Shown in pieces: positions 57,401 to 64,000 of a DNA stretch of 64,000 bases. How positions within the stretch are numbered: position 1 is the stretch's first letter; each line of letters begins with the position of its first letter. The stretch is from an uncultured Candidatus Peribacteria bacterium (lineage in GTDB: Bacteria; Patescibacteriota; Gracilibacteria; BD1-5; UBA2023). The position numbers and the translations under genes were made by a program. The stretch is from assembly GCA_964644075.1 (NCBI GenBank), contig CAZXUQ010000007.1, forward strand, positions 35-64,034, given 5' to 3'. The notes under the pieces were generated by a model. The model saw nothing but the letters and a program-made list of their open reading frames with translations, was not told the origin of the DNA and searched no databases.

Positions 57401-60400
57401 ATGCGAGCGGTGCTGTGATCGCCTCAGCTCTGACAGATGGATTTGGAAACTATACTTTCACATCCAATGCCATGACAGGATCGACACCATCCTTCGTCAG
57501 TAACCTCCCTCTCGAGCTCGCAGGATCGTACTTTGTGTGACTTGCGGCTTCGAATTTCACTCCATGAAATACCCTCGATACCGCTATGGGCTGGACTGTC
57601 AGTCCAGGATCGAGATGAGGGAACTCTACTCTCGACTCAGATGCTGATATCACTCTCCCGACCAATTCTCCATCTCTTGGCTATACGACTATGGTGCTTC
57701 ATCCGTTTGGTTTTGCGACGGGAAGTGGACGATATCTCCTTCATGATATCGATTTCGGAGCATATCTCGGTTTCGACATTTCTCTTAAAAAATATATCGA
57801 TACTGTTGCTCCATCCTCAGATGCAGATACGAGCGGAAGTGGTGTGTATGAGGGCCTTGGAAGTGCCCTGACCTATATCATCCGCGTATCCAATCTCGGA
57901 CCTGGTCAGACCCACGGAGAAACCGTCGTCACTGATACGCTCCCGAGTGGAGTCACGATGACGAGTCTCCCGAGTGGATCAGGATGGTCATGTAACGCCA
58001 GTGGTGCTGACATCACGTGTCGATCGACAGATATAGTCCTCGGAAGTAGTGCCTATAGTGACATCTCTATCCCCGTCACCGTCACTGCGAAAGATGCTAT
58101 CCTCACCAATACTGCCCTCGCAACCAATCTCGAAGAACTCCCAGGACAAACATCGAATAACACTGATCCTGCTGTATCTCTCGTTGTACCAGTTATCATC
58201 GGAGACCGCGTCTGGAACGACACTAACCGAAATGGTATACAGGACAGTGGAGAAACTGGTATCCCTCTCGTCCACGTCTCTCTCCTCGATGCGAGTGGTG
58301 CTGTCGTCGCGACTGCGGTCACGAACGTCAGTGGTGTCTACACCTTTTCGAGTGAGTCTGGATCGACGAGTCCAGATGGTTCCTATGTGCGAAATGCACC
58401 AATCATCCCATGAGCAAACTATACGATCTCCCTCGATGCTTCGAACTTCACGAGCGGGACACTTTCTGGCAGCTACCGACCGAGTCCTACAGGCGCGGGT
58501 ACTCCGACGACCGACTCTGATGGTCAGCCGACCGCGACCCCAGGTACCACTGGTGTAAATTCACTATCGTTTTCTGCGCCTCCTGTGACAGCGCTCGCGA
58601 GTGCACGTACGGATACGAGCCGAGATTTCGGATTGTACCAGGATTTCGATATGCGCGTGACGAAGTATATGAGCATCTTCTCATGAGCCCTCCAGGACGC
58701 GAACTCTCCAGCGACGAGTTCAGGAGATGTAAATAGTCTCTGATATGGAGATACATTTCTCTATACCGTCCGTGTTACCAACCTCGGACCTGGCCCACTC
58801 CTCGGCACGACGTACGTCTCTGATACGCTCCCGAATGGAGTCACACTCGATCCGAGCTTCGTTGCTCCAAGTGGATGGAGCTGTAGTGTCAGCGGACAAA
58901 ATATCCTCTGTAACACTGCGACCGGAGCTCTCTCTGGTGCGAGCCTCACAGATATCGTCTTCCCAGTCCATGTCACGCTCACCGATGCTGTCGGTGCACA
59001 GAGTCTCACCAACACCGTCTCGGTATCCAATAGTGCTGAAATCTCGATCGCTCACAATCCTGCAAACACTGGTAACCCGAGCAATCCTGGAAACCCAAGT
59101 GATCCAAATGCTCCGAACCCGAGCACGCCCGAGTGACAAAATAACACTGATACCGCAGTCGTAAGTATCTATCCTGTGACTGTCTGAGACCGTGTCTGGA
59201 ACGACGCAAATCGAAATGGTATACAGGACAGTGGAGAAAGTGGGATTGCCTCTGTCGTGATCGATCTTTCTCTCTCTGGTACGACGATCGCGAGCGCGAC
59301 GACCGATGCTTCATGAGCATTTCTCTTCTCGAGTGCGACGGGAGTGAGCACGACATCTCGCGTCTATGGTATGCTCTTTGCGCCGAGTGCGACGGGGTAT
59401 ACATTCTCCCTTCGTCCATCGAACTTCCTCTCTGGGTGAGTCCTCTACGGTCTCATGCCGACGACGGCTCTCGCATGATCAGATCGTACTCTCGACTCCA
59501 ATCTCACTACCCTCTCGACGATCGCTCTCACTCTCCCTGCGCACGGAGGGGTCGATATGTCGTATGATGCAGGACTCATGACTCCACCTCCAGTACCGTC
59601 GACACCGACTTCATGACCAGGTGGCGGACCATGACCAACGTATGTTCCACCGACGACCTCGACACCTCCATCGACGTCCCAATTCCAGCAACCATTTGTT
59701 CCGATCGGTGTACAGACAATATTCCAACAGACTCCTCATACTCCAGAGAAATCTCCTCGTATCGAAGCGTTCCCAAGCCTCGAACACTATCCATACGGAC
59801 CAGCAGGAGATCAGTCTCTCCTTCCGAACGACCGAGTGAATGGAACTCTTGCGACAGTAAAAAATGTCACGGTAAAGCTTCTCGATAATGGTGGTATCAA
59901 AGGTCTCACGCTCGATCCAAAAACAGGAAAAATCCTCTTTCCTCCGAAAACGGCTCCAGGAAAGTATACTGTCTCATATGCGATCACCGATGTCTCCGAT
60001 CCAAGCAATACAGCCGAGTCGGTCGCTGTCATCATCATCGATCGTGCGAAGCCGACATTTGTCCTTCCGAAAAAACTTCTCGACACGGGGACTCCGATCG
60101 CCAAAAAATGAATTCGCATCATAGCGAACTTCCTCGTCGCGACGAAAGCGATGTTCCCGTCGGCATATGGATTTGCTCATGTCGGAGACGCTCCTCGTGA
60201 TATCGCTTTCTGGAAAAAACACCTCTCCGAAACACTCGGAGGCAAGTACCAAGAAAAAGATAATAATGCCAAAACGTACATCGTCGTGCCATCGATCGGT
60301 ATCGTCACCCCTGTCTATGATATCCTCGATAGCAGTGAGAAGTCGAGCCAAAAAGATTTCGATACTCTCGTCTCATGAGGCGAAATTAAGGTCAATCCAT

Positions 60401-60774
60401 ATCTCCATGACGGTGTCGTCCACTACCCACGATCAGCCAGTGCTGGCGAAGTCGGGAATATGGTCGTCGCAGGACACTCATCCTACTGGAACCGTGATGC
60501 AGGACGCTATAAGACCGTGTTCGGGAACCTGATGGAGCTCGATGCTGGTGAGGAAGTCTGGGTCTACACACAGAGCTCCACAGAGAAATCAGGCTACGCC
60601 CTCCATCGCTATCGTGTCACTGCCTCATACAACACTGATCCGACCAATGTCAGTGTTCTCCTCCCCGATGGAGACAAAAAGATCATCACCCTCTTTACCT
60701 GTACTCCAGTTGGTGGACTCTCGGGTAGATGGATCGTGAGAGGGGAGCTCGTAGAAGAAAATAAGGAAAGTTAG
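54439..60774 (+). CDS. Giant surface adhesin (SdrD-B/Cna-B-like and DUF11 repeats) continuing in frame into a sortase domain (2111 codons, no TAA/TAG)
   Basis: All listed fragments between 54652 and 60774 share frame 1. My manual translation finds only TGA between them. Signal/TM N-terminus, Cys-rich N-terminal region, four GDRVWND.N.NGIQD..E.G repeats, two DUF11-like units ([12 protein letters not shown]..., [12 protein letters not shown]...), Pro-rich stalk, LLDTG at 60076-60090, TGA at 60109-60111, then [18 protein letters not shown] and sortase motifs [22 protein letters not shown]. Confidence 0.75.
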
Positions 60775-60806
60775 ATATCTGAAAAATTTGCATTTTCTCA
60801 CTATTT

Positions 60807-60837
60807 AGAGTAGGATTATGATAATCCTACTCTTTTC
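60807..60837 (+). terminator. Intrinsic terminator after the adhesin-sortase ORF
   Basis: AGAGTAGGATT-ATGAT-AATCCTACTCT followed by TTTT. Confidence 0.7.
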
Positions 60838-60846
60838 ATTTTCCCT

Positions 60847-63078
60847 ATGAAACCCTCTCTCCTTTCCCGCCGTGAGAAACTCCTTCTCGCTCTTCTCACA
60901 TCTACTCTCATCTTCTCAGCTTCCTTCTCCTATGGAGCAGTAAGTCAAACCAAAGTGGATGCTATCATGAAGATGATCAATGAGGGAGCTATGAAATTCT
61001 CAGATATACCTGTCACAGGACAAACCAAATCTGAGAGAACGGCATACTACGAGAAAGTAGATGCAGGACTCTGAGATGCTGTAGAGATGCTTGCAGTGGT
61101 GAGAAACAATATCCGATCTCTCATGTGACTCTCTCCAGCATATACAGCAGATGCTATCATAGGAGATGTCCTCGGTGGAGTTATTGGTGGAGTGAGTGGG
61201 GGGAACAATTGAGGAAATACTGGAAATGGAAACAACGGAAGTGCAACGAGTCCCAACACAAACCCTTCTACAGGCCCTTGGCTCGAGGTAGGAACCATAT
61301 CCTGTCCTACAGGTCTGGATAAACTCCAGACAGCCAATCCATCCACATACAAAAGTGGTGAAAATCCAAACGGGTATCAGTATACATCCACAGCAGGCTC
61401 ATACTACAACGTCAAAGATCACACCAATGCAACAGATACCTCTCTCCCAACATCGTGTATCTGAGGAGAATATTGGGTCAGTCCCACAACAACAGGATGA
61501 CAGTGTAAGCTCTCTACCTGTACTACGATGAAGAACTACTGTCCATCAGGAAAGAAATTCCCTGACTATACAATACTTGACTCATCTGTACCAAACCGAT
61601 TTGATATGCCAATACGTGATTATGCTGACCGAGCAATAACAAATGGAAAGATTGATGTAGGTGCTGCCTTGAAACAACTCGATAAGGTGACAACCGTGAA
61701 ATTCACGATTGCTCCATGGCAGAAAACGAAGGACTCTATTGGTCAATTGGGAATATATGAAACTCCATGAGCAAATCCAGCATTTCGTCTCATCACGATT
61801 TCACGTAATCCGTGCGACTTTAATCCGCGTACCACTCGTGGCTACTCAATAGAAAATTCTTCAAGTCCTAGATTTACTGTAAACGATACACGTGTAGGAA
61901 ACTCACCGTATGACTTTGTTCCACTCAGCACAGGAACATGGTATATAAATATCCTTCCTCTTGACGGATGTGCTGCACCAGGTGCGCCTGCTGGATCTGA
62001 CCAGACATGTATGACCAGACTCAATATATATAATGGTGGGAAAGCCTTTAACGATATAGGGGTACGACCATATACTCCACGGCCACAGGAAGATTTGAAA
62101 GATGGTCTTGTTTCTGGAGACGCCGTGACAGATAATTTTTCTTCTTCCCCATCATCGACCCCTCCTCCTACGACCTTACCACCTGTAACTGCTACCAATA
62201 TGTGTCCTGCTGGGCAGAGTTACCCAGACTCTAAGTTTTGAGACTATCATGACCTCCCGAGTCGGCAGATGTTTAAGAGTACTGATCCTACTCGTACGTA
62301 TACCGTAGAAATGAATATCAAAGATACTACTACTGCAGGGAAACTGGAAGGAGAACTCCCGACACTTACCTATGCCGAAGCCCCTGGAAGTTTGATTACT
62401 GGATGGAATGTCAGTATTTCGAGAAATCCTTGTGACTTTTCATCATCATCACAAACTGTAGTTGCAAATGACGTGATCGGATGGAGGTACTACTCTGTCA
62501 ATGATAAGAGAACAAAACCTGGTATCCTGAACCTTGCACCAGGAAAGTGGTATATCAACTTCAAAGTTGCTCAAAAATGTATCACACCATGAAAACCAGC
62601 AGACTCTCCAAACCAAGATAACTGCGGAATATTCTTCGAACTTCCTGGTTATGGACTTCAGACATACATCAACTATACTCCGACTCTCACCGTACGCGAT
62701 ATCAATAAAAAAATATCTAATACTACCTGTGAACTCACCGTAGCAACCAATATCAGTGGTAACTTTACCAGATATCGTCCGATCTGGAGTGAATACCTTC
62801 CCGAAGTTTCTGGAAACTACTACTATATAGGTGGATCGACTATGGTAAGCAAAGAAGATTACCTCAAACAGCTTTCTCCATGTGGAAGCGGTATCAATGT
62901 AGGAACGACATGAGACTGGATGAATGCAGGAAGATGAGATATCTGTAAAATAGGTACAACCATACTTCGTCCTATTGCTCCAAACAACGACTGTAAAGCT
63001 TTATGTCAGACAATCGGCTGAGGTACTGAAAATGGCGACTGTCGTCCACCAAACGGAAAAGAATTTACAGGTATATAG
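60847..63078 (+). CDS. Secreted Cys-rich hypothetical protein (743 aa) with an internal duplication
   Basis: Signal-like N-terminus. Frame checked line by line. Duplicated module ISRNPCDF...(T/P)G(T/K)WYIN(I/F) at about 61.8 and 62.4 kb. Pro/Ser/Thr linker SSSPSSTPPPTTLPPVTAT. About 30 Cys. Confidence 0.6.
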
Positions 63079-63164
63079 TCTGAGCTCCTTACATTTTTTT
63101 GTAATGAAAACTTGCAAAAAACGAATATTCGCTATACTTGGCGAGTATTCTTTTTTCATTTCTT

Positions 63165-63728
63165 ATGATAACTGCTCTCAAAGCTCGTACTGGTACAGTA
63201 CTCAAAATCGACTGAGGACTCTTCCTCGTGGTCAGACATGAAATGCGTCGTGGTGGACGTGGAGCAACAAACGTGGCTGTACGACTCAAAAACCTCATGC
63301 AAAATGGTATGGCTGATAAGGTCCTCGACTCAGAGGAAAAACTCGAAGATGTTATCCTCGAGCGTGCTAAGGCAGAGTATTTATACTCTTCAGGAGACAC
63401 GTATTCATTTATGAACCAGGAGACGTATGAAACCGTCGACCTCCATGAGGATGATGTCGGTGATGCTGCAATGTATCTCACTGAGGGTGTCGTCGTGGAT
63501 CTCCAGACATTTGAGGGAAAATTTATCGGTATCATCCTCCCACTCAAGGTTACTCTGAAGGTTGTCGAAGCTGAGCCAGCCGTCGCAGGAAATACCGCTG
63601 ATGGTAAGGTTGATAAAGTAGTAAAACTCGAAACAGGTCTCGAGATGCGCGTCCCAGGATTTGTAAACCAAGATGAGTCGATCGTTATCAATACAGAAAC
63701 TGGAGAATATCTCGAACGAGCAAAATAA
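63165..63728 (+). CDS. efp: Elongation factor P
   Basis: MITALKARTGTVLKIDG(TGA)GLFLVV...GRGATNVAVRLKNLMQNG...ETGLEMRVPGFVNQDESIVINTETGEYLERAK is typical EF-P. Confidence 0.93.
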
Positions 63729-63732
63729 TATC

Positions 63733-63760
63733 ATCCCCCGAGAAATCGGGGGATTTTTTT
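63733..63760 (+). terminator. Intrinsic terminator after efp
   Basis: ATCCCCCG-AGAAAT-CGGGGGAT plus a T-run. Confidence 0.75.
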
Positions 63761-63818
63761 AACGATTCACTCAAAGCAATAAAAAATCCTACTCTTTCGA
63801 ATAGGATTTGATTTTTTC

Positions 63819-63902
63819 TGGTGCCCAGAAGAGGACTTGAACCTCCACACCTTACGGCATACGCACCTCAAACGTACGTGTCTACCATTCCACCACCTGG
63901 GC
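63819..63902 (-). tRNA. tRNA-Leu (anticodon GAG), class II, CCA encoded
   Basis: Reverse complement GCCCAGGTGGTGGAATGGTAGACACGTACGTTTGAGGTGCGTA...GGTTCAAGTCCTCTTCTGGGCACCA. Anticodon loop TTGAGGT. Confidence 0.85.
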
Positions 63903-64000
63903 AAGCAAACGCAGTTTGCGAGATACACATACAGAAGACAGATACAGAAAGGATTTTTTTTACATGTTTCTGAGGTAAAAACATCTCCGATGTGTTTGTG

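Noticed and set aside
46333-63903. Locus 2 as an integrative conjugative element inserted next to tRNA-Leu (63819-63902)
   Set aside because: No integrase, relaxase, excisionase or direct repeat of the tRNA 3' end was seen. efp lies between the locus and the tRNA. Codon usage and TGA-Gly usage match the rest of the window. This cannot be excluded without flanking sequence.
1-64000. Widespread gene fragmentation in the ORF track, which could suggest pseudogenisation or frameshift-rich low-quality assembly
   Set aside because: All breaks inside recognisable genes are TGA codons in an unchanged frame, and they often sit at invariant Gly positions. No frame changes were needed to rebuild any gene. 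The cause is recoding (table 25), not decay.
1-64000. In-frame TGA as selenocysteine
   Set aside because: The codon is far too frequent (about 22 in uvrA alone). It occurs in proteins that are never selenoproteins and aligns with Gly rather than Cys/Sec positions. I noticed no SECIS-like context.

Overview
Gene-dense 64-kb chromosomal segment from a bacterium that reads UGA as glycine (translation table 25). By inference this is a Gracilibacteria/Absconditabacteria-type CPR lineage. The supplied standard-code ORF track is therefore fragmented. Recognisable genes are broken only at in-frame TGA codons, many on invariant glycines (Walker A loops of UvrA, ComM and a VirB4-like ATPase; the GxGxxG of TrxB), and only TAA/TAG terminate. 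Merging same-frame fragments across TGA by hand gives about 45 intact CDS, 4 tRNAs, several candidate small RNAs and several dispersed repeat families.

Contents:
- Housekeeping genes: sufD (partial), sufC-sufB, rpmE, rlmH, rsmE, rny, lgt-like, glyA, an S41 Ctp protease, pepA, a histidine phosphatase, uvrA, trxB, tsaB, efp.
- Competence-type genes: comEC (short form), comF, comM.
- Two SLH-domain envelope giants: a 988-aa S-layer-like protein and a 2296-aa Ig-repeat protein.
- Locus 1 of a Gram-positive/CPR-style type IV secretion or pilus-like apparatus (0.85-8.6 kb): two VirD4/TraD-like ATPase paralogs flanking a triple VirB2/TrbC-like pilin-repeat membrane protein, plus a secreted protein.
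- Locus 2 (46.3-63.1 kb): a third VirD4/TraD-like paralog, a membrane PP2C phosphatase, a VirB4-like ATPase, a small secreted beta-rich protein, a 2111-aa adhesin whose ORF runs in frame into a sortase domain, and a Cys-rich secreted protein.

Most unusual observations:
- The adhesin-sortase fusion.
- The multi-paralog T4SS-like loci, with no relaxase or integrase visible.
- Three small convergent promoter/terminator modules that look like novel sRNA genes. Two of them are paralogous, with compensatory terminator changes.
- A frame-independent over-representation of the heptamer TTCG(A/C)CA, possibly an uptake-signal-like motif.
- Complete avoidance of UGA-Gly in the S-layer gene.

All calls come from manual translation and motif recognition. 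No database search was possible. Start codons and RNA ends are approximate.
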